Source: Coriobacteriaceae bacterium (GTDB taxonomy: Bacteria; Actinomycetota; Coriobacteriia; Coriobacteriales; Atopobiaceae). Taken from it: a stretch of 64,000 bases of DNA. Numbering within the stretch: position 1 is the stretch's first letter; each line of letters opens with the position of its first letter. Shown one piece after another: positions 28,445 to 37,199 of this stretch. The DNA lies in the NCBI GenBank assembly GCA_003862195.1, contig QOUO01000009.1, positions 21-64,020 on the forward strand, given 5' to 3'. A model generated the notes under the pieces. It saw only the letters and a program-made list of their open reading frames with translations, was not told the DNA's origin and made no database searches. The position numbers and the translations under genes were made by a program.

Positions 28445-29653
28445 GTGAACTTCGTATTTGTATCGCCGCAGTTCCCCCACACGTACTGGCAGTTCTGCGA
28501 CCGCCTGCACAGGAACGGCGCCAACGTCCTGGGCATTGGCGACACGCCGTACGACCAGCTTGACCAGCGCCTCAAGGACGCGCTCACGGAGTACTACTGG
28601 GTGCCGAACCTGGGCGACTACGCCAGCGTCTTCAAGGCGGTCGCGTTCTTTAGCTACAAGTACGGCAAGGTCGACTGGATCGAGTCGAACAACGAGTACT
28701 GGCTCGCGCAGGACGCGGCGCTGCGCACGGACTTCAACGTCACCACGGGCCCCGGGCGCGAGCGGATGCTCTCGCTCCAGAGCAAGGCGGACATGAAGCT
28801 GGGCTACGCGCGGGCCGGCGTCGCGACGGCGCGGCAGGTGCGGCTCACCACGCTGGAGGACGCGCTGCGCTTTGTGGAGGGCGAGGGCGGCGTGGGCTGG
28901 CCCGTGTTCGCAAAGCCGGAGCGCGGCGTGGGGTCGGCCGGCGCGCAAAAGGTATGTGACAGGCGGGGGCTCGAGGCGCTGCTCGCGCGCATGGATGGCA
29001 CCCCCTACGTGCTCGAGGAGTACGTGACGGGCGACATCTGCAGCTACGACGCCATACTCGACTCGCGCGGCCTGCCACTTTTCGAGAACATGGAGGAGTT
29101 CCCGCCCTCCATGGCGCGCATCGCCAAGGAGGGGCTCGACCTCTGGTACTGCTCGCTCCCCACCGTCGACCCGATCCTGCGGCAGCTGGGTCGCGCCACG
29201 GCGTTTGCCATGGGGCTCAGGAGCCGCTTCGTGCACCTGGAGTTCTTCCGGCTCGACCGTGACCGGCCGGGCCTGGGCGCCAAGGGCGACTACGTGGGAC
29301 TCGAGGTCAACAGCCGCCCGCCCGGGGGCTACACGCCGGACATGATGAACTTTGCCCACTCCACGGACGTCTACCAAATCTGGGCGGACATGGTGACCTG
29401 CGACCGCCGCGTGGTGCCGGAGTCCCAGGACCGCTACTTTTGCGTGTACGCCGGCCGGCGCGACGGCCACGCCTACGCCCACTCGCACCAGGACGTGCTC
29501 GCGCGCTACGGCGACGCCATCGTCATGTGCGAGCGCATGCCCGACGCGCTCTCCAACGACATGGGCAACCAGATGTACACGGCCCGCTTCAAGACGGCGA
29601 GCGAGAAGGACGACTTCGTGCGCTTTGTGCAGGAGCGCGCGCAGCAAGGCTAG
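28445..29653 (+). CDS. ATP-grasp domain protein (carboxylate-amine ligase-like)
   Basis: 402 aa. Central ATP-grasp fold blocks (WPVFAKPERGVGSAG, YVLEEYVTGD, FVHLEFF). GTG 28445 with a GGAG SD. Confidence 0.7.
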   Translation: MNFVFVSPQFPHTYWQFCDRLHRNGANVLGIGDTPYDQLDQRLKDALTEYYWVPNLGDYASVFKAVAFFSYKYGKVDWIESNNEYWLAQDAALRTDFNVTTGPGRERMLSLQSKADMKLGYARAGVATARQVRLTTLEDALRFVEGEGGVGWPVFAKPERGVGSAGAQKVCDRRGLEALLARMDGTPYVLEEYVTGDICSYDAILDSRGLPLFENMEEFPPSMARIAKEGLDLWYCSLPTVDPILRQLGRATAFAMGLRSRFVHLEFFRLDRDRPGLGAKGDYVGLEVNSRPPGGYTPDMMNFAHSTDVYQIWADMVTCDRRVVPESQDRYFCVYAGRRDGHAYAHSHQDVLARYGDAIVMCERMPDALSNDMGNQMYTARFKTASEKDDFVRFVQERAQQG

Positions 29654-29710
29654 GCCGGCAGACGACCGCAACACGAACCGGGCCACGGCCCACGGACGCA
29701 AGGAGGAACC

Positions 29711-30187
29711 ATGCAGGTACGTCGCGCGGAGGAGAAGGACATCCCCAAGATCATGGACCTGCTGGTCCAGGTGTGCAACGTCCACGCGGACGGCAGGCCC
29801 GACCTCTTTATCCACGGCGCCACCAAGTACACGGCCGACGAGCTTGCCCGGATGGTCCACGACGACGAGCGGCCGATCTTTGTGGCGGACGGTGGCCCCA
29901 ACGAGGGCGTGCTGGGCTACGCGTTCTGTGTGCGCAAGGACTGGGGCGGCAACAACACCCCGGACATCACGATGCTCTACATCGACGACATCTGCGTGGA
30001 CGAGCAGGCCCGCGGCAGGCACGTGGGAACCGCGATCTACAACCACGTGATCGACTTCGCGCGCCGCGAGGGCTTCCACAACGTCACGCTCAACGTCTGG
30101 AGCTGCAACCCCACCGCGCAGAAGTTCTACCAGGCCATGGGCATGGTGCCCCAGAAGGTCACGATGGAGCAGGTCCTCGACCAGTAA
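29711..30187 (+). CDS. GNAT family N-acetyltransferase
   Basis: ARGRHVGTAIY loop and KFYQAMGM. AAGGAGGAA SD. Confidence 0.8.
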   Translation: MQVRRAEEKDIPKIMDLLVQVCNVHADGRPDLFIHGATKYTADELARMVHDDERPIFVADGGPNEGVLGYAFCVRKDWGGNNTPDITMLYIDDICVDEQARGRHVGTAIYNHVIDFARREGFHNVTLNVWSCNPTAQKFYQAMGMVPQKVTMEQVLDQ

Positions 30188-30232
30188 CCAAAGTAGCTAA
30201 GGCCAGGAAGAACGCCCAGGGGGAGAAGGACA

Positions 30233-30619
30233 CTAGGCCTTCCTGGGACGGTGACCCTTCATGGTCGCCTCGAGCATGGTGTGCAGCGCCTCGCGCACGT
30301 TTGGGGCGAGGCGCACGTACATCTGCAGGTACTGCTCCTCGGTCGCGCGAATCTCGTAGTCGCGCCCGCGCGTGCCGGCGGGCTCGCCCTCGTACCCCAG
30401 GATGTCGTTGGGCGTGCAGCGCAGCAGCCGCGCGAGGTTCAGAACGTGGTCGGCACCCATCTCCACGCGGCCCGTCTCCCACGAGCTGACGGCCTTGGGG
30501 CTCACGCCGAGCGTATCCGCAATCTGCCGCTGGCTCATGCCGGCGGCATCCCTGCACGCACGCAGGTTGTTCTGGTGCCTTGCGCCTTTGGCTTTAGCAC
30601 TGTCGACGCTGTCGCTCAC
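30233..30619 (-). CDS. XRE family helix-turn-helix transcriptional regulator
   Basis: LRACRDAAGMSQRQIADTLGVSPKAVSSWETG HTH. GTG 30619 after an AGGGGAGGGG SD. The longer track ORF runs into the AT-rich promoter region. Confidence 0.7.
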   Translation of the reverse strand: MSDSVDSAKAKGARHQNNLRACRDAAGMSQRQIADTLGVSPKAVSSWETGRVEMGADHVLNLARLLRCTPNDILGYEGEPAGTRGRDYEIRATEEQYLQMYVRLAPNVREALHTMLEATMKGHRPRKA

Positions 30620-30883
30620 GGGTGCCGACGCCCCTCCCCTCGAGCTCCGTGCATGGAAACGGTCCGAGCAGCGTGCCTCGTCCTTCTCCCAGAACGAAGC
30701 CCTGGTCTCGCAGAACGAGTGCTGTTTCACGAATCCTATTCTCAAGAGACGCGAGCGCCGCACGTCTAGCGTCGCTAGCTTCAAAAGCAAATAAAACCTA
30801 GAATCTATTCTCACGAGACATATGGCTGCCAAGTCTCGTGCAGAATCCACTGCCATCCATCCCGACGCACGAAGGGAACCGCC

Positions 30884-31096
30884 ATGAGCACCAACGGAGC
30901 CGACGAGCGACCGTTCAACGAGCCCAAGCCGGAGGACATATTCCTCCTCCAGGACGACGGCAGGGTCGTCACCTACACGGAGCTGTGCGAGCTCGCGGGC
31001 GAGCGGCCCGAGTCCGAGGCCGACCTCGACTGGGTCATGGTGGACCAGAACGCCATACCGTTCATGCTGGACCTGCCCAAGAAGCAGAAGGAGTAG
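30884..31096 (+). CDS. hypothetical acidic protein (70 aa)
   Basis: ATG with a GAAGGGAA SD. Divergent from the XRE gene. No family recognised. Confidence 0.4.
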   Translation: MSTNGADERPFNEPKPEDIFLLQDDGRVVTYTELCELAGERPESEADLDWVMVDQNAIPFMLDLPKKQKE

Positions 31097-31182
31097 CCGC
31101 TAGCGGCGCCGTTTCCCGCGGCGCCGGCGCCGCAACGCGGCCGGCGGCCTGGCCCACGGCCCGCCCCATGCAAAGGCTTCGT

Positions 31183-31195
31183 GTTCTTCTCGCCC
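31183..31195 (-). repeat. 13-mer repeat copy GGGCGAGAAGAAC
   Basis: Exact. Intergenic, upstream of the lysR-family gene. Confidence 0.95.
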
Positions 31196-31277
31196 CGTGA
31201 CGCATCGCCGGGGCGTGGTTGGCTATCGTTTTTGACTATTACCAACCATGCACGCAACGCAACACGGGAGGCCGCGC

Positions 31278-32252
31278 ATGCAGCTCCAACAGCTCCGCTA
31301 CGTCATAGCGATCGCCGAGATGGGTTCCATGAACTCCGTAGCGCGCAAGCTCTTCATATCGCAGTCGAGCCTGTCCGTCGCCGTGAAGGAGCTCGAGGGC
31401 GAGCTTGGCATCAGGATCTTCAACCGCTCGAGCAAGGGCATCAGCCTCACCTCGGACGGGGTGGAGTTCCTGGGCTACGCGCGCCAGGTGGTCGAGCAGG
31501 CGGACCTGCTGCGCGAGCACTACACGGAGCGCAACTCGTCGCAGCGGCGGATGTCCGTCTCCACGCAGCACTACGCGTTTGCCGTGCGCGCGTTCATCAG
31601 CTTCCTGCAGAGCTGGAGCGACCGCTCGTGCGACTTCAGCCTGCACGAGACGCGCACGAGCGAGATCATCGACGACGTGCGCACGTTCCGGAGCGACATC
31701 GGCATCCTCTACCTGAGCCACTACAACGAGACCGTGATCCGCCGCCGCCTGGAAGAGGGCTCGCTCGTGTTCACGTCGCTCTTCAAGGCGCGGCCGCACG
31801 CCTTTGTGCGCGACGGCCACCCGCTGGCGTCCAAGCCCTCCGTCACGGTGGACGACCTGGCCGGCTACATGCGCTACGACTTTGAGCAGGGGCCCGAGGG
31901 CTCGCTCTACCTCTCCGAGGAGCCGCTGAGCGAGCTGGCCCACACGCGCCGCGTGACCGTGAGCGACCGCGCCACCATGACGGGCATCCTCAGCCACTGC
32001 GACGGCTACCTCATCTCCACGGGCGTGCGCTCGGACGAGATGTTCAACGGCATCACGTCCGTCCCCATCGAGACCGACGAGGTCATGAACGTGGGCTACA
32101 TCGTGCACAGCCAGCGCCGCCTGAGCGAGCTCGCGCGCGCCTACGTCCGCGAGCTTGAGAAGCTCATCGTGAGCTTTGACGAGCCCGAGGACATCGTGCC
32201 CAGCCGCGCCGCGCTCAAGGGCGTGGGCGCCATCGGTCAGGACGCGCGCTAG
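31278..32252 (+). CDS. LysR family transcriptional regulator
   Basis: MQLQQLRYVIAIAEMGSMNSVARKLFISQSSLS HTH. GGGAGG SD. Confidence 0.85.
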   Translation: MQLQQLRYVIAIAEMGSMNSVARKLFISQSSLSVAVKELEGELGIRIFNRSSKGISLTSDGVEFLGYARQVVEQADLLREHYTERNSSQRRMSVSTQHYAFAVRAFISFLQSWSDRSCDFSLHETRTSEIIDDVRTFRSDIGILYLSHYNETVIRRRLEEGSLVFTSLFKARPHAFVRDGHPLASKPSVTVDDLAGYMRYDFEQGPEGSLYLSEEPLSELAHTRRVTVSDRATMTGILSHCDGYLISTGVRSDEMFNGITSVPIETDEVMNVGYIVHSQRRLSELARAYVRELEKLIVSFDEPEDIVPSRAALKGVGAIGQDAR

Positions 32253-33371
32253 GTGCCGGGCGAGAAGGACGCGGCGCCCGTGGCCGCGGGCGTGGGCCAG
32301 GGTGCAGCCGGAGCCGCCGGCGCCGACCCGTTTGCCCCGCTCGAGCTTGGCCGCCGCGGCGGCACTGGCAGCGCCCGCCTGCGTCTGCGCAACCGCTTTG
32401 TGCTCGCACCCATGGCGAGCGCCCGCGCGGAGACCGATGGCAGCGTGAGCGAGCGGCTGGTCGACCACTACGCCGAGCGCGCGGCCGGCGGGTACTGGGG
32501 CCTGGTCGAGTGCGGCCACCACTTCGTGAGCGCGGACGGCAGGGCCACAGCGCGCCAGGCTGGCATCGCGAGCGACGACTGCGTGGACGGACTCGCACGC
32601 GAGGCCGCGGCCGTGCACCAGCACGACACACCCGTGTTCGTGCAGATAAGCCACGCCGGCTCGGCCACGAGCTGGTGCCTCACGCGGGAGCAGGCGCTAT
32701 CCCCCAGCGGCATCAACTGCCCGGGCGCCAAGGTGGGCCACCCCCTCCCCCGTCCCATGGACGCGGACGACATCGCCCGCGTGGTGGAGGCCTTTGGCCA
32801 GGCAGCCCGTCGCGCGCGCCTGGCCGGCTTCGACGGCGTGGAGCTCCACGCTGCCCACGGCTACCTGCTGGACCAGTTCCTCTCGCCCCTCACCAACCAC
32901 CGCATGGACGCCTACGGCGGCCCGCTCGAGAACCGCCTCCGCATCACGCTCGAGGCGCTCGACGCTGTGCGCGCGGAGGCCGCAGGCATGGTCGTCTCCG
33001 TCCGGCTCGGCGGCTGCGACTACCTGCCGGGCGGCACTACCGTGGCGGACGCGTGCGAAGCGGCCGTCCTTCTCGCCCGGCATGGCGCAGACATGATCTC
33101 CGTCTCCGGCGGGATGTGCTACTACACGCGGCGGAACACGCTGGAGCCGGGCTGGTTCGCGGGCGTGTCGACCCCCGTGCGGCAGGCGCTCGCCGCGGCG
33201 GGGCTCGACGCACCGGTCATGCTCGCGGGCGGCATCCGCAGCGTGGACGACGCGCGTCGGCTCATGGCGCGGGGCGCATGCGGCCTCGTGGGCATCGGGC
33301 GGCCAGCTCTCAACAACCCGCGCTGGGCGCGGCGCAACCTCAAGCCACCCGCAAGCCAGTCCGCGCACTAG
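32253..33371 (+). CDS. NADH:flavin oxidoreductase (Old Yellow Enzyme family)
   Basis: PFAPLELG...LRNRFVLAPM, VQISHAGS and ELHAAHGYLLDQFLSP blocks. Start uncertain (GTG 32253, 32280 or 32292). Confidence 0.75.
   Translation: MPGEKDAAPVAAGVGQGAAGAAGADPFAPLELGRRGGTGSARLRLRNRFVLAPMASARAETDGSVSERLVDHYAERAAGGYWGLVECGHHFVSADGRATARQAGIASDDCVDGLAREAAAVHQHDTPVFVQISHAGSATSWCLTREQALSPSGINCPGAKVGHPLPRPMDADDIARVVEAFGQAARRARLAGFDGVELHAAHGYLLDQFLSPLTNHRMDAYGGPLENRLRITLEALDAVRAEAAGMVVSVRLGGCDYLPGGTTVADACEAAVLLARHGADMISVSGGMCYYTRRNTLEPGWFAGVSTPVRQALAAAGLDAPVMLAGGIRSVDDARRLMARGACGLVGIGRPALNNPRWARRNLKPPASQSAH
32258..32270 (+). repeat. 13-mer repeat copy GGGCGAGAAGGAC
   Basis: Exact. At the LysR/OYE gene junction, in sense orientation. 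Confidence 0.95.
33066..33078 (-). repeat. 13-mer repeat copy GGGCGAGAAGGAC
   Basis: Exact. Antisense in the OYE CDS (read V-L-L-A). Confidence 0.95.
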
Positions 33372-33478
33372 CCGTCGAGCGAGAAGGACCGCAACCCCAG
33401 CCGCAAGACAACCGCTAACATGGAAGGCCCGCGGGGCAGCGGCCCCGCACCCGCACCCAAACCAGAAAGTTGCAACGC

Positions 33479-36121
33479 ATGTCAGACAGCATGAGACCGG
33501 ACGAGGTTCCCGAGGTAGACGTGGCCGTGGCGGACGAGGGTCCCAACGGCCAGGGGTCGCTGGGCAGGCTCGTACCCTGGCCCGACGACGAGAGCTACGC
33601 CAACATCGACCCAGAGGACGCGCTCGAGCTCTTCCTGGGCTGGGTGGAGTCGCGCGGCATCACGCTGTGGGACCACCAGGAGGAGGCACTCCTGGACATC
33701 GCCTCCGGCGACCACGTGATCCTGGGCACGCCCACGGGCTCCGGCAAGTCCATGGTCGCACTGGGCATGTGCTTCATCTCCATCTGCACGGATCGCCGCG
33801 CCTACTACACCGCGCCCATAAAGGCCCTGGTGAGCGAGAAGTTCTTCAACCTCGTGGAGCTCTTCGGCCGCGAGAACGTAGGTATGATCACGGGCGACGT
33901 AACGCTCAATGCCGACGCGCCGGTCATCTGCTGCACGGCCGAGATTCTGGCCAACCAGGCGCTGCGCGAGGGCGCCAATGCCGACGTGGGCTGCGTCGCG
34001 ATGGACGAGTTCCACTACTATGGCGACCGCGACCGCGGCTGGGCCTGGCAGGTGCCCCTGCTCACGCTGCCGCACGCGCAGTTCCTACTCATGAGCGCCA
34101 CCCTGGGCGACACCACGGACATCGCGGCGTCGCTCGAGCGCATGACGGAGCGCCCCGTTGACACGATCGCCAACGCGCCGCGCCCCGTCCCCCTCACGTA
34201 CCGCTACGTGGACACCGCGCTCGAGCAGACCGTCAAGATCGCGCTGGACGCGGGCGAGGCGCCGCTCTACATCGTGCACTTCTCCCAGGAGGCCGCCGTC
34301 AAGAGCGCATCGGCCCTCGCGAGCTTTGGCGTGTCCAGCAAGGAGCAGCGCGCCCGCATCAAGGAGGCCATCGCGGGCACGCGCTTCACCACCACGTTTG
34401 GCAAGACGCTCCGCCGCCTGCTGCTCACGGGCGTGGGCGTGCACCACGCCGGCATGCTGCCGCGCTACCGCCTTCTGGTGGAGAAGCTCGCGCAACAGGG
34501 GCTGCTGCCCGTCATCTGCGGCACGGACACCCTGGGCGTGGGCATCAACGTGCCCATCCACACCGTCATCCTCACGGCGCTGTCCAAGTTCGACGGCCGC
34601 CGCATGCGCCACCTCAACGCGCGCGAGTTCCACCAGATCGCCGGGCGCGCTGGCCGCGCGGGCTTCGATACTGAGGGCGTCGTGATCGCGGAAGCCACGG
34701 AGTACGACATCGAGAACGCGCGCGCCCTGGCCAAGGCCGGCGGCGACCCCAAGAAGGCCCGCAAGATCAAGACCAAGCAGCCTCCCAAGGGCTTCGTGGG
34801 CTGGAAGGAGGCCACGTTCCAGAAGCTGATCGAGGCGGAGCCGGAAAAGCTGCGCCCGCGCATGCGTGTGAGCCACTCCATGGTGCTGGCCGAGGTCGAG
34901 CAGGGCGGGGACGCCTTCGCGCGCGTGCACCAGCTGATTGCGGATTCCGCCCAGCCGGACGACGAGAAGCTCCGCCTGGACACCCGCGCCAACGAGGTGT
35001 TCGCGACCCTGATGGACGCGGGCGTCGTCGTGCGCGACGTGGCCGAGGACGGCACGGCCTCCTACTCCGCCACGGTCGACCTGCCGGAGGACTTCGCGCT
35101 CGACCAGCCGCTCTCCCCCTTCCTGCTCGCGGCGCTCGAGCTGCTCGACCCCCAGAGCGATACCTACGCCCTCGACCTCATCTCCATGGTGGAGTCCACG
35201 CTCGAGGACCCGCCCCAGATCCTGCGCGCGCTCGAGCGCCAGGCGCGCGACGTCGCGATGGCCCAGATGAAGGCCGACGGCGTCGAGTACGACGAGAGGA
35301 TCGAGCGCATCCAGGACGTGACCTATCCCAAGCCGCTGGAGGAGCTGCTCTCCGCGGCGTTCGAGCGCTACTGCGAGAAGGTCCCCTGGGCGCGCGACTA
35401 CGAGCTCAGCTGCAAGTCCATCCTGCGCGACATGGTCGAGACGGCCTCGGACTTCAAGGGCTACGTGCAGCGCTGCGGCATCGCACGCTCCGAGGGCCTG
35501 CTGCTGCGCTACCTGTCCGACGCCTACCGCGTGCTCTCGCGCACCGTGCCGGAGGACAAGCTGGACGACCGCCTGCGCGACATCGTCGCGTGGCTCGGCC
35601 TCGTCGTGCGCACCGTCGACTCCAGCCTCGTGGACGAGTGGTCTGCCGCCGGCACCGCCGCGCCCGACGCCCCCGCCGCGCCCACGGACGCGCACGAGGT
35701 CGTGCACGACCGCCGCGGCCTCACGCTGCTGGTCAGGAACGCGCTCTTCTCGCGCGTGCGCCTTGCCGCCATTGGCGACACGGAGCGCCTCGGCGCGATC
35801 GACGCGGACTGGGGCTGGCGCCAGGCGCGCTGGTCGCAGGCGCTCGACGCCTACCGCGAGGCCCACGACGACATCCTCTTGGACGCGGACGCCCGCTCCT
35901 CCGCCTTCCTCTCCATCGACGAGTCGGACGAGAAGGGCGACTCCCATGGCCGCCACGTCTGGCATGTGCGCCAGATGTTCCACGACCCGGACGACGACCG
36001 CGACTTTGGCATCTCCGCCGACGTGGACCTCGACGCCACGCAGGAGGAGGGCGAGGCCGTGTTCAGCCGCTACCAGGTGGGCTTTGCGGAGGACCTGCAG
36101 GCGAGCGAGGCCGGCGCGTAG
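33479..36121 (+). CDS. Ski2-like DEAD/DEAH-box helicase with a long C-terminal (DUF3516-like) domain
   Basis: Walker A GTPTGSGKS, DEFH box, SATLG, HHAGMLP. About 880 aa. Confidence 0.8.
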   Translation: MSDSMRPDEVPEVDVAVADEGPNGQGSLGRLVPWPDDESYANIDPEDALELFLGWVESRGITLWDHQEEALLDIASGDHVILGTPTGSGKSMVALGMCFISICTDRRAYYTAPIKALVSEKFFNLVELFGRENVGMITGDVTLNADAPVICCTAEILANQALREGANADVGCVAMDEFHYYGDRDRGWAWQVPLLTLPHAQFLLMSATLGDTTDIAASLERMTERPVDTIANAPRPVPLTYRYVDTALEQTVKIALDAGEAPLYIVHFSQEAAVKSASALASFGVSSKEQRARIKEAIAGTRFTTTFGKTLRRLLLTGVGVHHAGMLPRYRLLVEKLAQQGLLPVICGTDTLGVGINVPIHTVILTALSKFDGRRMRHLNAREFHQIAGRAGRAGFDTEGVVIAEATEYDIENARALAKAGGDPKKARKIKTKQPPKGFVGWKEATFQKLIEAEPEKLRPRMRVSHSMVLAEVEQGGDAFARVHQLIADSAQPDDEKLRLDTRANEVFATLMDAGVVVRDVAEDGTASYSATVDLPEDFALDQPLSPFLLAALELLDPQSDTYALDLISMVESTLEDPPQILRALERQARDVAMAQMKADGVEYDERIERIQDVTYPKPLEELLSAAFERYCEKVPWARDYELSCKSILRDMVETASDFKGYVQRCGIARSEGLLLRYLSDAYRVLSRTVPEDKLDDRLRDIVAWLGLVVRTVDSSLVDEWSAAGTAAPDAPAAPTDAHEVVHDRRGLTLLVRNALFSRVRLAAIGDTERLGAIDADWGWRQARWSQALDAYREAHDDILLDADARSSAFLSIDESDEKGDSHGRHVWHVRQMFHDPDDDRDFGISADVDLDATQEEGEAVFSRYQVGFAEDLQASEAGA

Positions 36122-36173
36122 CCGCACCTGGTCGTACCAGGCCCGCGGCGCCCAGCGTCACCGTCGCGCAACC

Positions 36174-36389
36174 GGTTCCCATGTGCCACGCATGGATACC
36201 GTGAAAACGCGACGCAAGGATTCCGTTTCCCATGCGTTTGGGCCGACGGTTCCCTTGCGCCACGCATGGGAACCGGACGAAAAACGGCCGTTTTCGGCCC
36301 AAACGCAAGGATTCTGCCCTTGCCGACGCATGGATTCCGGAACCCTTGCGTGCAAAAAACGCGGTTCCCATGCGTCATGCATGGGAACC
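36174..36389. repeat. array of imperfect palindromic units built from the arm GGTTCCCATGCG / CGCATGGGAACC
   Basis: Full units at 36174-36200, 36248-36274 and 36363-36389 (the last is a perfect 11-bp stem). Extra solitary arms near 36226, 36326 and 36339. Convergent intergenic region. Confidence 0.7.
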
Positions 36390-36444
36390 GCCCATCAATC
36401 GCTTCTCTATTCCTCAGACACCGCTGCCGCGGCCCATCGTGCCC

Positions 36445-36657
36445 CTAATGCACGAGCCCGATGCCTCGCAGGATCCCCCAAATCAGACCCACGCCCAGCA
36501 CCAGCAGCACGGGCAGCGTCAGAAGACCCAGGAGCACAAGGCCCACGACCAGGAAGCCATACAGCAGCCATCCCAGAACGCGGAGCCCAAACCCTATGAG
36601 CTTGATCATGAGCCACAGGAACCCCGCGGCCACCAGGCAGCTCATCAGACTGGCCAT
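36445..36657 (-). CDS. small hydrophobic membrane protein (70 aa)
   Basis: GGAGGTG SD before ATG 36657. Two or three predicted TM helices. Confidence 0.55.
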   Translation of the reverse strand: MASLMSCLVAAGFLWLMIKLIGFGLRVLGWLLYGFLVVGLVLLGLLTLPVLLVLGVGLIWGILRGIGLVH

Positions 36658-36836
36658 CCCTCACACCTCCAAGTCACGCGGACGGCACCGTGCCGCCCAC
36701 TGCGAAAGAGATACCCATTCTACAGGGCCGCCAACGCCATCCGCACGCGCGCGCCAATCCACCACAACGCCCCCATTCGCCCCAGCCGGCGGCTTGCGCT
36801 AGCATTGGTCCGTAAAACACGCGAATGGAGGACACG

Positions 36837-37187
36837 ATGGACCAGAACGACAGGGCACTCGTCGACAAGCTCAAGGCCGAGCTCGCGCAGCAGGGCCGCA
36901 AGACCGCCTTTGCGGAGGACGCCGCGCCTGCAGCGCCCAACGCGACCGATGCCGCGGCAACCGCGCAGGTCACGAGCTCGTCCGACCCCACGGCCAACCT
37001 CAATGCGCAGGCTTCCGCGGGCGAGAAGGACGCGGCCTCGGAGGCTGACTTCCTCTCGGCCATGAACGCCTTCCGCCGGGCCAAAGCCTCGGGCGACCAC
37101 GACGCCATCGCGGCCGCGGAGCGTCACCTGCAGGAGGTCGTCCGCCAGGAGATGCGCGACGTCGAGGGCTGCGAGGAGGCCAGGTAG
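36837..37187 (+). CDS. hypothetical protein
   Basis: ATG 36837 is 4 nt after a GGAGGA SD. Ala-rich, acidic. No family recognised. Confidence 0.45.
   Translation: MDQNDRALVDKLKAELAQQGRKTAFAEDAAPAAPNATDAAATAQVTSSSDPTANLNAQASAGEKDAASEADFLSAMNAFRRAKASGDHDAIAAAERHLQEVVRQEMRDVEGCEEAR
37019..37031 (+). repeat. 13-mer repeat copy GGGCGAGAAGGAC
   Basis: Exact. Sense in a hypothetical CDS, read as G-E-K-D. Confidence 0.95.
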
Positions 37188-37199
37188 CCGTAGCCGCTC

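Noticed and set aside
26636-30079. 1147-aa minus-strand ORF. Similar very long ORFs: 8089..11016, 1434..3869, 34085..36127, 13811..15496, 57125..58921, 58798..60927, 46399..47709.
   Set aside because: They run antisense to genes with clear family motifs, SD sequences and sensible domain order. Their translations are Arg/Ala/Gly/His-rich low-complexity strings typical of stop-codon-poor antisense frames in GC-rich DNA.
36174-36389. Possible small CRISPR array
   Set aside because: The repeats are internally palindromic arms with irregular spacing (74 and 115 nt) and degenerate partial copies. No cas genes are in the window. REP-like or protein-binding repeats fit better.
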